Origin: a virus
IMG/VR virus record: IMGVR_UViG_3300032286_000710
Location: 1 to 64,000 of that record
Strand: one strand, 5' to 3'
DNA: 64,000 nt
Shown here piece after piece: positions 1-8,340 of this stretch. The position numbers were made by a program, and so were the translations under genes. The notes under the pieces are model-generated. The model had not been told where the DNA came from and did not search any database. It worked only from the letters and a program-made list of their open reading frames with translations. The stretch's first letter is position 1; each line of letters begins with the position of its first letter.

Positions 1-126
1 ATATTAGGACTAAAGTATAATTTCAAAGAAATTAGATGTAATGGAATGTATCACGTCATATTTTGGATCGGAAAGAAACCAACTGAATTCATAAAGAAAA
101 AAATTGACGCTCTGGAGAAAAATTAA
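1..126 (+). CDS. hypothetical protein, 5'-truncated by window edge
   Basis: Frame 1 is open from base 1 to TAA at 124-126, which overlaps the next ATG (TAATG). Confidence 0.6.
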   Translation: MLGLKYNFKEIRCNGMYHVIFWIGKKPTEFIKKKIDALEKN

Positions 127-308
127 TGTTTTTAATCGGATTATTTACAGGCTCATATATTATTGGGGCTTTATTCACTTTTTTTATAGTGGGATTTTTT
201 GCCGTATTAGGTGGAAATTCTGCTGATTTGTGGAAACCTTTTGTTTGTGGTTTTTTGTGGCCCGTATGGCTTCCATTATTTTTAAAGGAAAGATTAAGAT
301 ATAAATGA
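126..308 (+). CDS. small membrane protein
   Basis: GGAG RBS; hydrophobic 60 aa with a WPVW motif; coupled to its neighbours. Confidence 0.7.
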   Translation: MFLIGLFTGSYIIGALFTFFIVGFFAVLGGNSADLWKPFVCGFLWPVWLPLFLKERLRYK

Positions 309-517
309 CTCATGACGGATTAAGAGACGAAGTATTAATGAACATTAATCTTGAAAAAAAATACATTAAGACTATTCTTGATTCTTTAGAAGAATATAAG
401 ATTAGGGTCGAGGGTTGGGCTAATGATAAAACTATGAATGTGAATTTGTATCATTGCACTGAGAATGAAGTGGGAAATTTGATCAATCGTCTAACTAATA
501 CTTTGGAGAAAAATTAA
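305..517 (+). CDS. hypothetical protein (start may be 338)
   Basis: ATGA overlap; resembles ORFs at 2310 and 11508 (ILDS/AL motif). Confidence 0.65.
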   Translation: MTHDGLRDEVLMNINLEKKYIKTILDSLEEYKIRVEGWANDKTMNVNLYHCTENEVGNLINRLTNTLEKN

Positions 518-753
518 TGTTTACTTACTCAAATGATAATTTAATCGAGATAGTATCTTTGCCTGTTTTAAATCAACAAACTAAAACAAACGTAGAAAAT
601 CTCAAAAAACTCGTAGAAGAAGGCGAAAATGCTAAAAGGAAATTAAACGATTTACAAAATGCTTGTAAACATGAATATTTTTATGACGAGGCAGGATACC
701 CCTATGATTATAGATATTGTTCAAGTTGTGGCAAATTTATGTATGGTATTTAA
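517..753 (+). CDS. hypothetical protein with coiled coil and C-terminal Zn finger
   Basis: GGAG RBS; CKH...CSSC motif. Confidence 0.7.
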   Translation: MFTYSNDNLIEIVSLPVLNQQTKTNVENLKKLVEEGENAKRKLNDLQNACKHEYFYDEAGYPYDYRYCSSCGKFMYGI

Positions 754-777
754 CCTTAACTCAAATAGGAAATTAAA

Positions 778-1005
778 ATGAAATATATCGAAGTTAGTTC
801 TATGGCCGGTGTTGGTATCATTAAAACTAAAAATATTGACACTGTATTCTGCTGCCCTCCATCTGGATGTAATATGCCAGAATCTAAATTTTATCATATT
901 AAGTTTTACTTAAAAAGGGGCGACCCAATTATTGCATTTTATCAAACTGAAGAAAAAATGATGGAAGAATATCGAAATATCCACAATAACTTGTTTAATA
1001 ACTAG
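778..1005 (+). CDS. hypothetical protein
   Basis: AGGA RBS; tight gene packing. Confidence 0.65.
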   Translation: MKYIEVSSMAGVGIIKTKNIDTVFCCPPSGCNMPESKFYHIKFYLKRGDPIIAFYQTEEKMMEEYRNIHNNLFNN

Positions 1006-1014
1006 AGGAAAATA

Positions 1015-1254
1015 ATGACTAACGAACAAAATATGATTACAGCAACATTATCTCTTACTAAAGACCAGTGGGAATCTATTATTCGGCATATTGTAAATGA
1101 TATTGCCATGTTAGAACTAGGGTTATCTCCCCAAATAGGTCGAGATAGAATGAATGTGATTGTAAATAGTGGGCTAGACATAGTAAATAAAATTAAAGAG
1201 GCCGCTGGTATTGATGTTGATTTATCAGAGTGGGAACTCAGGTATGGAGAATAA
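1015..1254 (+). CDS. hypothetical protein
   Basis: GAGG RBS; tight packing. Confidence 0.7.
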   Translation: MTNEQNMITATLSLTKDQWESIIRHIVNDIAMLELGLSPQIGRDRMNVIVNSGLDIVNKIKEAAGIDVDLSEWELRYGE

Positions 1255-1446
1255 ATGATGAGGTGGATCAGACCCAATTATCGTGATGGTGATACTAGGA
1301 TACATACGTTTTTTGCATGGTTTCCAGTTAGTGTAATAGCAGAAGATATTCGTGAAACAAGATGGTTAACTATGGTAACCGTAAAACAACGCTTGTATCG
1401 TGGTAGGTACAATCATTGGATTAATAGTGAATTTATTGGAGAATAA
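1255..1446 (+). CDS. hypothetical protein
   Basis: GGAG RBS; FFAWFPV...RWL motif typical of small phage proteins. Confidence 0.7.
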   Translation: MMRWIRPNYRDGDTRIHTFFAWFPVSVIAEDIRETRWLTMVTVKQRLYRGRYNHWINSEFIGE

Positions 1447-1449
1447 CTA

Positions 1450-1650
1450 ATGAATCCTCTACAACAAGCCACCAAAACTTGGATAGAATCTGTGCAGAAA
1501 TATTATGAGAATACCAATCGAAATGAATTGACCCAAATTTATATGAGGGGCTATTTTAGTGGTTGGAGTGAGAGGGAGATTCTAGGATTGGCCGAAAAAC
1601 TACTAAAGAATGAGCAAGACTATCCTTTGTATAGAGAGAATGAAGAATGA
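1450..1650 (+). CDS. hypothetical protein
   Basis: GGAG RBS; tight packing. Confidence 0.65.
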   Translation: MNPLQQATKTWIESVQKYYENTNRNELTQIYMRGYFSGWSEREILGLAEKLLKNEQDYPLYRENEE

Positions 1651-1835
1651 GTATTGTTACTAAAGATTCCTACAAGGCTGATGTTTTTAACTTTGATGTT
1701 GAGCAGAGCGGAGAAATTATCAATCTGACTATTAATAATGTTATCTCTTGGGAATGGATGAAAATGAAGTTGACTAAAGAGGAAGCCAAGAGGTTAGCCG
1801 ATTTTATTTATGAAAGTCTTGGGGAAAAGAAATGA
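1647..1835 (+). CDS. hypothetical protein
   Basis: ATGA overlaps on both sides. Confidence 0.7.
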   Translation: MSIVTKDSYKADVFNFDVEQSGEIINLTINNVISWEWMKMKLTKEEAKRLADFIYESLGEKK

Positions 1836-2053
1836 AATTCTCTAAAGAACAAATTGAAGATACCATAATAAATGGTAACATTATAGATACAAAAACTAAA
1901 CAAGAAATTATTATTAGTGAGTACGAAAAATCACAAAAAAATATACAACCAATATGGTTAGGAGAAGGTTGGTATAAAGGAAGCCCCAATTCTTTTAACT
2001 ATTTTGCAGATGGATTTGATGCAGGAATGAATTACGCAAAGGGAACCAAATGA
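1832..2053 (+). CDS. hypothetical protein
   Basis: ATGA overlaps on both sides. Confidence 0.65.
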   Translation: MKFSKEQIEDTIINGNIIDTKTKQEIIISEYEKSQKNIQPIWLGEGWYKGSPNSFNYFADGFDAGMNYAKGTK

Positions 2054-2259
2054 AAGTTTACGCTGTAGTTTGTGAATATGGTGCTGCTAGTATTCGTGAG
2101 AGTATAGAGATAGTTTGTAAAACTCGTAAGATTGCAGAGTCATATTATTTAAATGAGGACTTTATTGGGCGTCCAATTCGTATTGATGAAATGATTGTGT
2201 GGGATAAAAAGTGGGAACCTCCTAAGCCTAAAAAGAAAAAGGCTAAAGGCCGCTCTTGA
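2050..2259 (+). CDS. hypothetical protein with basic C-terminal tail
   Basis: ATGA overlap; MKVYAVV N-terminus; Lys-rich tail. Confidence 0.7.
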   Translation: MKVYAVVCEYGAASIRESIEIVCKTRKIAESYYLNEDFIGRPIRIDEMIVWDKKWEPPKPKKKKAKGRS

Positions 2260-2284
2260 CAAGTGCCGATAAGTAGCGTATACT
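2256..2284 (+). promoter_or_regulatory. sigma70-type promoter with CGATA spacer element
   Basis: TTGACA-17 nt-TATACT; CGATA ends 7 nt before the -10. Confidence 0.85.
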
Positions 2285-2309
2285 GGTAGCACAACAGAGG
2301 AAACGAACT

Positions 2310-2525
2310 ATGGTATACTCGTATAAAGGGTTAATGAGAGTTAATATGAACTATTACATTGAAAAGCATGATATGGAAATTATCCTTGATGCTTTGGAAA
2401 ATCTTGTTTTGAGCATGAAAAATGCTGACGCATTTGGATTGCCTAATCATAGACCATATTCTATCGAAGATGTTGATGGTCTTTTTCAAAGTTTTGATAA
2501 TGGATATAAGGAGGATTGTAAATGA
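2310..2525 (+). CDS. hypothetical protein
   Basis: GAGG RBS downstream of the promoter; start may be 2347. Confidence 0.65.
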   Translation: MVYSYKGLMRVNMNYYIEKHDMEIILDALENLVLSMKNADAFGLPNHRPYSIEDVDGLFQSFDNGYKEDCK

Positions 2526-2620
2526 TCTATCTTTATGATTTTATACAATAAGAAAATAATCCTACACCTGTAGAAAAATTCGTGTGTCTGAAAAAGGTTA
2601 GGGGCTATAATATTTTAGAT

Positions 2621-2736
2621 GCGGTGGGAATCTGCCGCTTTAAACATCTTTTGATGTTGCTACGAAGCCTGAGTTAGCTGCGGTGGAGCCGTGGAGAACA
2701 AAGGAATCATAGAAAGGTATCTAACTTTTTCTATGA
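2621..2736 (+). other. GC-enriched multi-hairpin noncoding leader or candidate ncRNA
   Basis: Hairpins at 2621-2638, 2643-2658 and 2707-2736, downstream of TATAAT at 2606. Confidence 0.35.
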
Positions 2737-2744
2737 GGTGATTT

Positions 2745-2996
2745 ATGAAGACTAAAGTTTTAACAGAATATAATAGGACTGAGTTTCAACGTAAGTATAT
2801 CGACCATATCTTGGGATCTTTAAACTTTATGGAGATTAAAGATAGACTAAGAGATTATCTAGAGGTCGAAAAAGATCATTCTTCCGTTTCTGCGTTAGAA
2901 GCAGAGATTAGACACGAAGCACCAGATGTGCTAGTGGATAATTGGGAAGACATGAAAGGCCCAGCTACTTTAACAAAGAGCGGGAGGCAATCATGA
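2745..2996 (+). CDS. hypothetical protein, paralog of the next gene
   Basis: GAGGTG RBS; aligns with 2993..3256. Confidence 0.75.
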   Translation: MKTKVLTEYNRTEFQRKYIDHILGSLNFMEIKDRLRDYLEVEKDHSSVSALEAEIRHEAPDVLVDNWEDMKGPATLTKSGRQS

Positions 2997-3256
2997 AACG
3001 AATAATGACAATTACTGAAGATAACAAACCCTATGTTGTTAGAAGGTATACAGACTACATTACAAGCAGAATGGATAGTCTAGAAGTACTAGATGAATTT
3101 AAAGATTACTTTTTCAAGGAGAAAATCAATTATCCAGTTGATACTCTACAGAGTGAAATCAATAAATTCTGTCCAGAGGTTTTAGAAGACCACATTGTAG
3201 AATCTGTAGTGGGAAAAGGATCAGAGTTTTCCCATAAAGTCCGACAAACTATATAA
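2993..3256 (+). CDS. hypothetical protein, paralog of the previous gene
   Basis: GGAGG RBS; ATG at 2993 overlaps the upstream TGA. Confidence 0.75.
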   Translation: MKRIMTITEDNKPYVVRRYTDYITSRMDSLEVLDEFKDYFFKEKINYPVDTLQSEINKFCPEVLEDHIVESVVGKGSEFSHKVRQTI

Positions 3257-3279
3257 TCATAAATAAAGAGAGGTGTATT

Positions 3280-3519
3280 ATGGCTAAAATATTTGACAGA
3301 GTTGTAAAATTTCATGTTCAAGGTGAAATCTACGGTGACGATAACGTTGATCCAAACAGCGTAATCAATAACTATACTTGGACACAAAAAGACGTTGAAG
3401 GAGAAATCCATATTATTGGTCGCCACAAAGACAATCGTGGTAGAATCAATAAAATGGTAAAATTGTCAAAGGTTAGTCCTTGGCTTAGACCAAAGGGCGA
3501 ACTCTTTGTTCAATTATAA
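3280..3519 (+). CDS. hypothetical protein
   Basis: GAGGTG RBS. Confidence 0.7.
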   Translation: MAKIFDRVVKFHVQGEIYGDDNVDPNSVINNYTWTQKDVEGEIHIIGRHKDNRGRINKMVKLSKVSPWLRPKGELFVQL

Positions 3520-3530
3520 TTGTTGAATAT

Positions 3531-3580
3531 GGTAGGGCGGGATGATTTAACCATTAGCCCGCCTTACCTATTCTTTTGTT
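3531..3580 (+). terminator. intrinsic terminator-like hairpin
   Basis: GGTAGGGCGGG pairs with CCCGCCTTACC, followed by a T-rich tract. Confidence 0.6.
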
Positions 3581-3604
3581 TTAATTTCTAATTAAGGAGA
3601 ATTT

Positions 3605-3814
3605 ATGAAGAATCTAATTTGTGCGGTTGCAATTGTTCTTGGGTCTGCTACACTTGCTAGTGCAGATTGTTGCAGCGGGTCATGTTCGACTAGTCCAGTT
3701 AGGAAGGCTGGATCAACGGTTGTGAGCGTAACAAAGCGTGTTCTAACAGCACCATTTCGCATTGTAAAGAAGGCTAGGCAGAGTCGCCAGTGCGGCAGTA
3801 GTTGCTGTAACTGA
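3605..3814 (+). CDS. secreted Cys-rich small protein
   Basis: AAGGAG RBS; signal peptide ending LASA; CC/C motifs at both ends of a basic amphipathic core. Confidence 0.75.
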   Translation: MKNLICAVAIVLGSATLASADCCSGSCSTSPVRKAGSTVVSVTKRVLTAPFRIVKKARQSRQCGSSCCN

Positions 3815-3870
3815 AATTAGTGAGATTGCCTAGCTAATGAAGTTTTTAGTAGTTGGCTAGGTATCTCATT

Positions 3871-4059
3871 ATGACACTATTTCGCACTATAGTCCTTGAA
3901 TATGACTTAATAGAAATTCACTATAACAAAAAGTTAAAAAACAAACCTTACCTTATTAGAGTTTTCAGTTATAATAACATTGATCCTCATGAATTAAGAA
4001 TAGATAATAGCGAGCTTAAAGACCTATATAAAATATTGAAACAATACAAAATTTTATGA
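3871..4059 (+). CDS. hypothetical protein
   Basis: ORF coupled to the downstream gene (ATGA); start uncertain. Confidence 0.55.
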   Translation: MTLFRTIVLEYDLIEIHYNKKLKNKPYLIRVFSYNNIDPHELRIDNSELKDLYKILKQYKIL

Positions 4060-4220
4060 CAAACTTAGACTTGACAGAATGCGAAACAGATGTTATACTA
4101 TGGTTGATTGAAGATAAATTTGATGAAATATATGACGGCCCAGACGGTCTTTCCGAATGCATGAAGATTGAATTGAAAATTATGAATGATATTAAGAAGA
4201 AACTAGAAAAACTACTATGA
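4056..4220 (+). CDS. hypothetical protein (54 aa, not in ORF track)
   Basis: MTNLDLTECETDVILWLI...; ATGA overlaps at both ends. Confidence 0.6.
   Translation: MTNLDLTECETDVILWLIEDKFDEIYDGPDGLSECMKIELKIMNDIKKKLEKLL
4071..4099 (+). promoter_or_regulatory. sigma70-type promoter (CGAAA spacer variant) inside a CDS
   Basis: TTGACA-17 nt-TATACT. Confidence 0.7.
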
Positions 4221-4633
4221 TAAAACACTATCCAATTACAAATACTAAAAAGGTTGAAGAACTTTATTCTGAAAAGGATGGAGTGAAAGTATCTCATGTT
4301 TGTACCACAGAGTTTGGCAGTGGGAGCATTTGTGATATTTTTTATAGATCAACTCCACATCCAAAATTTGGTAATAGATATTTTGCAATATTCTTTAAAG
4401 GAGATGATCCTTATGTTGGTAATGCGGATGAAATTGAGAATTTAACATTTGGAACTGTAGAAAATGATGAGGGCGATGTAGAATATAGCAGAAGCCGTCA
4501 TGATTATAAGTCATTCAAGAATGGCAACATGATTGACGGAGGAAGGGATTATATACGATCTAGCGGTTCAGTATTGGTTTATCAAATAAAAGATGGAGAA
4601 TGGATACACTGCGGAGTTTCTAAAGAAAAATAG
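4217..4633 (+). CDS. conserved phage hypothetical protein
   Basis: YSRSRHDY...IDGGRDY motif. Confidence 0.75.
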   Translation: MIKHYPITNTKKVEELYSEKDGVKVSHVCTTEFGSGSICDIFYRSTPHPKFGNRYFAIFFKGDDPYVGNADEIENLTFGTVENDEGDVEYSRSRHDYKSFKNGNMIDGGRDYIRSSGSVLVYQIKDGEWIHCGVSKEK

Positions 4634-4745
4634 TTGATGCCACAAGGTTGGGATCGCGGGTAGTCCCATAATCAACCATCCGTATAGTTTTATGGTCCTA
4701 ATTTTCTGTAAGATTGAAAAAGAGACTAATACAAGAGGAATTAAA

Positions 4746-4826
4746 ATGAAAATCTTATTTAGAGGCATTTGTAAAATTTGTTGTGCAAATTGGAAAAGAT
4801 GCCCCAAATGTCAGTTTGGAGTCTAG
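4746..4826 (+). CDS. 26-aa Cys-rich micropeptide
   Basis: GAGG RBS; MKILFRGICKICCANWKRCPKCQFGV. Confidence 0.45.
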   Translation: MKILFRGICKICCANWKRCPKCQFGV

Positions 4827-4847
4827 CAAATTTAGTGGATATGAAAC

Positions 4848-5165
4848 ATGAACTTTGAACAAGCAAAAGAATTGTCTTTTCTAGTAGAGTGGAAAATTGC
4901 TGAATGTTTTAGTGGGCCACAATGTTGGTGCAGAAGAATTGTGCCAGTTGAGCCTATTGTTTGGTATCATCCAGATTTTCCAGAGATTAAAAATGAAATT
5001 GATATTGCTGATGATGGAGCATTAGATCAACAAACCGCTGAATATATTGTGAAACTTCATAATGAACACCATGAAAGAGTAAAACAAAATTGCAGAGATG
5101 CTATGAAAGAGACTATAGATAGTCTTATTGACGAGTGGCCTATTGAGGGTATTGATTACTACTAA
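4848..5165 (+). CDS. hypothetical protein
   Basis: 105-aa ORF with CFSGPQCWCR motif. Confidence 0.7.
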   Translation: MNFEQAKELSFLVEWKIAECFSGPQCWCRRIVPVEPIVWYHPDFPEIKNEIDIADDGALDQQTAEYIVKLHNEHHERVKQNCRDAMKETIDSLIDEWPIEGIDYY

Positions 5166-5168
5166 CCA

Positions 5169-5351
5169 ATGAATCAAACTCAAAAAGACAAAATACTTGA
5201 AGTTATCAAGTTGTGTAATCAAAAAATCAAAAAACAAAAAGATCATGAATCTTCTACTGGATATGGAGAAGATTATACTGATGGAAGAATTGTCGGCGGT
5301 GCTTCGTTAGCCCGACGAATATTAGAGATATTAAAAGGTTTTGAACTTTAA
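5169..5351 (+). CDS. hypothetical protein
   Basis: Tight packing. Confidence 0.65.
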   Translation: MNQTQKDKILEVIKLCNQKIKKQKDHESSTGYGEDYTDGRIVGGASLARRILEILKGFEL

Positions 5352-5365
5352 CAAAAAGGAATATT

Positions 5366-5524
5366 ATGAACAGTCGAAATTGTTTTATCGTTGCCGCATT
5401 TGCTAGTTTTGTTTTTAGTGTTACTCTATGGTTCGCAGGAGATAGTGACCTTAATAGGCAACAAGCACTATTCGTAGGATTGTGGGTTCCAAGCATTCTT
5501 TCTCTAGGAAATTTATTCAAATGA
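5366..5524 (+). CDS. small two-TM membrane protein (52 aa, not in ORF track)
   Basis: AAGGA RBS; two hydrophobic segments; LFVGLWVPSILS. Confidence 0.7.
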   Translation: MNSRNCFIVAAFASFVFSVTLWFAGDSDLNRQQALFVGLWVPSILSLGNLFK

Positions 5525-5670
5525 GCAATCTTACCATATTTATAGTAGGCATAGTAGTAACCCTTATAACTGGTATGGGGGTTATTACTAGCACAGTATT
5601 TATGGGTTACAAAAAGCCAAAGAGTCAGAACAAAGAAGTTAAGTATAATGTTTTACCTAAGTCTGCTTAA
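5521..5670 (+). CDS. small single-TM membrane protein
   Basis: ATGA overlap with the previous gene; hydrophobic N-terminus and basic tail. Confidence 0.7.
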   Translation: MSNLTIFIVGIVVTLITGMGVITSTVFMGYKKPKSQNKEVKYNVLPKSA

Positions 5671-5749
5671 AATAGTAGAAGTATGTTGTGGTATATTGTT
5701 GGCCCGATCAATACTCTATGGAATAAGTAAAATTAAAAAGGAAAAATAA

Positions 5750-6280
5750 ATGAAACTTAAAGATATAGTACCATACTGTTTACAAATTAAAAATGGTCAG
5801 CCGCACTCATCAGAATACTATTGGATTATTAATGGAATAAATTATGCTTTTGATTCTTTACAATTAGACATTGTTAACTTTATTAATTTGATCGCCAATC
5901 CTAATGGATATGATTATTTAATGCTCAACTTAAACAATGAGATAACTATTTTTGACAAATTCATTCTGGTTCATAAAACTCAAAACGAAACAACAAACAA
6001 TGAATCAAGAGTATTTCACCGACAAAATTATCCTATAGCCTATGGTCAGCCGCACTCAGCAGAATGCTATACCATAGGATTATTTCATACCACCACCAAC
6101 TGCATGATGGTTGATCTGAGAACCACCATATTTAAAGACCTTATCTCTCCACCTGTCCAATCTAAACCAGCCGATTTGACTCTGGATGAACGAGTTGATG
6201 GTCTTATTGATGAACTTATGAGACAAAGCAAAACTATGGTTATTAAAAAATTAAAGAGAATGTTAAATGAGCGACTCTGA
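5750..6280 (+). CDS. hypothetical protein with internal repeat
   Basis: AAGGA RBS; GQPHSSEYY and GQPHSAECY repeat. Confidence 0.7.
   Translation: MKLKDIVPYCLQIKNGQPHSSEYYWIINGINYAFDSLQLDIVNFINLIANPNGYDYLMLNLNNEITIFDKFILVHKTQNETTNNESRVFHRQNYPIAYGQPHSAECYTIGLFHTTTNCMMVDLRTTIFKDLISPPVQSKPADLTLDERVDGLIDELMRQSKTMVIKKLKRMLNERL
5793..6069 (+). repeat. 28-bp direct repeat (26/28 identical) at 5793-5820 and 6042-6069
   Basis: ATGGTCAGCCGCACTCA(T/G)CAGAAT(A/G)CTA. Confidence 0.85.
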
Positions 6281-6548
6281 AAAAGTATATTTACTAACTA
6301 ATTTCTTAACTCAAGATGAATTAGATAAATTCCAAAGAGAAATAAAAGATGATATAAAATACTCATATGAATTTAAGGAACAGTTTAAGAAGTATGAGAT
6401 AGAGTTACACATATCAAAAAATGACGCTATCAAATATTATGATTTATTTACTGAATTATTTTTCTTGGTTGAAACTAAAATTGGTCAAGCAATCTCATGG
6501 AAAAGATTTAAGAATGTTTTTAAGAATGAATCCTCATCGAAAGTATAA
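6267..6548 (+). CDS. hypothetical protein
   Basis: Overlaps the upstream stop. Confidence 0.6.
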   Translation: MSDSEKVYLLTNFLTQDELDKFQREIKDDIKYSYEFKEQFKKYEIELHISKNDAIKYYDLFTELFFLVETKIGQAISWKRFKNVFKNESSSKV

Positions 6549-6837
6549 AAGTTATATGCAAGGTTCAGACCTTTTACTAATAATTTTACCAATTTTTTTG
6601 GTACTATTCGGTGTATTTATTCTGAATCCACTTCATAAAAATAATATATCACAACCATTGTGTCAACAATATACCTTAAAACAATCTGATCAGGTATGGT
6701 TTTATAAGCCAGACGAGATTTGCTGGACAAAAGGAGAGGTATTATATTTATGGGGCTATCATCCAGTAGTTTATTGTAAACAACTGAATAAAACTTTTAA
6801 TTTTCATGAAATAGAATGGACAATAGGAAATGATTGA
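6526..6837 (+). CDS. membrane-anchored hypothetical protein
   Basis: One TM segment; start uncertain. Confidence 0.55.
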   Translation: MNPHRKYKSYMQGSDLLLIILPIFLVLFGVFILNPLHKNNISQPLCQQYTLKQSDQVWFYKPDEICWTKGEVLYLWGYHPVVYCKQLNKTFNFHEIEWTIGND

Positions 6838-7759
6838 ACACGAAAAAGATCTAGTAGGTTTGTTTTATATCACAATAGTTATTTTTGCTGTTGCTTTAAT
6901 CGGAGTATTCTGTTTAAATAGTATCTATAAAAAGAATACGGATAAAGTACCCCAAAACAAACCAATTGATAGACAAACTATAAGTACCGATAATATTACT
7001 GGTAATGTTGAAAGTATTCATCCTTGGGGACGAACAGAAATTGTTCCCATGAAAAGTATAGAGTTAGAATATTTTGAATATTGCGAACAATGGGTTATGT
7101 ATGGTGATGTTGTTCAGCCAGTTGGCCGCAAAGGTTATTTCATGCCGGTAATGAGAGGCAACCTTGATTTTAATGTTAGAGATCTTACCCAAACTTGGGT
7201 TGAACATAAAATTCTTGCAACTGGCCCAGAAAAAACAGCAGAAACTTATGAAGATTTTAGAGTAGCAAATATTAGAGCAGAAAAAGGAAAAATTATTGAT
7301 ATAAACTACTCTCATTATAGGTTGTTGTCAGATAATACTTGGAGTATAATAGCATCATGGAAAGCAATAGTTAATCCAGACGTTCCTGACCCTGTTCCAG
7401 AAAATGTACAGAAAGAATCAGAACATCCAGTAATAGTTTGTTCATCTTGTAAAGGTAAGGGAGAAAAACTTACCGACGTTAATAAATTAATGATGGATGC
7501 GTCACTGGCTATATTTTTTAATCATCATCTGATGGTTGACAAATGTGAAAAGTGTGTTAAACTACCTAACGGCGACGGTTATAACTACTGCGACGTTGTA
7601 AATGAGCGTTACCAGACTTTACTTAAAGAATATGGTGATGCTGGGCCGAAAATAGATATGGCAGCGTGTGAACAATGTATGGGCATGGGAACTTTTAGTA
7701 GCCAAGATGCAACTACCGGAAAGTGGCTAACTCAGGAAGAATATGATGAAAAAAATTAA
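6830..7759 (+). CDS. membrane-anchored protein with DnaJ-type Zn-finger motifs
   Basis: N-terminal TM; CSSCKGKG and CEQCMGMG motifs. Confidence 0.7.
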   Translation: MIEHEKDLVGLFYITIVIFAVALIGVFCLNSIYKKNTDKVPQNKPIDRQTISTDNITGNVESIHPWGRTEIVPMKSIELEYFEYCEQWVMYGDVVQPVGRKGYFMPVMRGNLDFNVRDLTQTWVEHKILATGPEKTAETYEDFRVANIRAEKGKIIDINYSHYRLLSDNTWSIIASWKAIVNPDVPDPVPENVQKESEHPVIVCSSCKGKGEKLTDVNKLMMDASLAIFFNHHLMVDKCEKCVKLPNGDGYNYCDVVNERYQTLLKEYGDAGPKIDMAACEQCMGMGTFSSQDATTGKWLTQEEYDEKN

Positions 7760-8096
7760 AAGAAAACAAACAAAAGAGTCAATAACCTCTGTGAGTCCTT
7801 GGGATTTGTCTGGCAGTCCAGAGGATATTTGTAAAGAATTGAGAACAACTCAAGACGCTTATCTGAAAGATCGAAATGATGTTATTGAATCATATTGGTC
7901 TTGGGAAAGTACTCCTTATAGTGATCATGGATCATTTGAACTGGTCATTACTAGACTAGAAAACGATAAAGAGTATAATGCTAGAGTTAAAGAGTTAATG
8001 AAAATTAAGGAAAAGAAGAAGGCCGATAAACAAAAGCAAGATGAATATGAACTACAGGAATATTTGAAACTAAAAAATAAATTTGATAAGGAATAA
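7743..8096 (+). CDS. hypothetical protein, coiled-coil C-terminus
   Basis: RLENDKEY...ELQEYLKLKNKF pattern common in phage ORFs. Confidence 0.7.
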   Translation: MMKKIKRKQTKESITSVSPWDLSGSPEDICKELRTTQDAYLKDRNDVIESYWSWESTPYSDHGSFELVITRLENDKEYNARVKELMKIKEKKKADKQKQDEYELQEYLKLKNKFDKE

Positions 8097-8097
8097 T

Positions 8098-8262
8098 ATG
8101 AACTGGGAATGTAATCGTTGTGGCTATAGAGTTCAACCTGTTAAAGAGGTCGAACCTGATGGAATGGCTTGGCCTGCTGGTCGGGCTTGCTCTAGATGTC
8201 TGGGCGAAATGGTATATCGCCCAATTTATAAAGGTTTGGAGGTTTATCTTAAAATGTATTAA
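8098..8262 (+). CDS. Zn-ribbon small protein (54 aa, not in ORF track)
   Basis: AAGGA RBS; CNRC...CSRC. Confidence 0.6.
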   Translation: MNWECNRCGYRVQPVKEVEPDGMAWPAGRACSRCLGEMVYRPIYKGLEVYLKMY

Positions 8263-8340
8263 ACAATATCGGATTTAGGTAAAAAAAGTGGATGGAACGC
8301 TAGAGTATTTCAGTGGGAAGATTCTGATGAAGTAAGGCGT

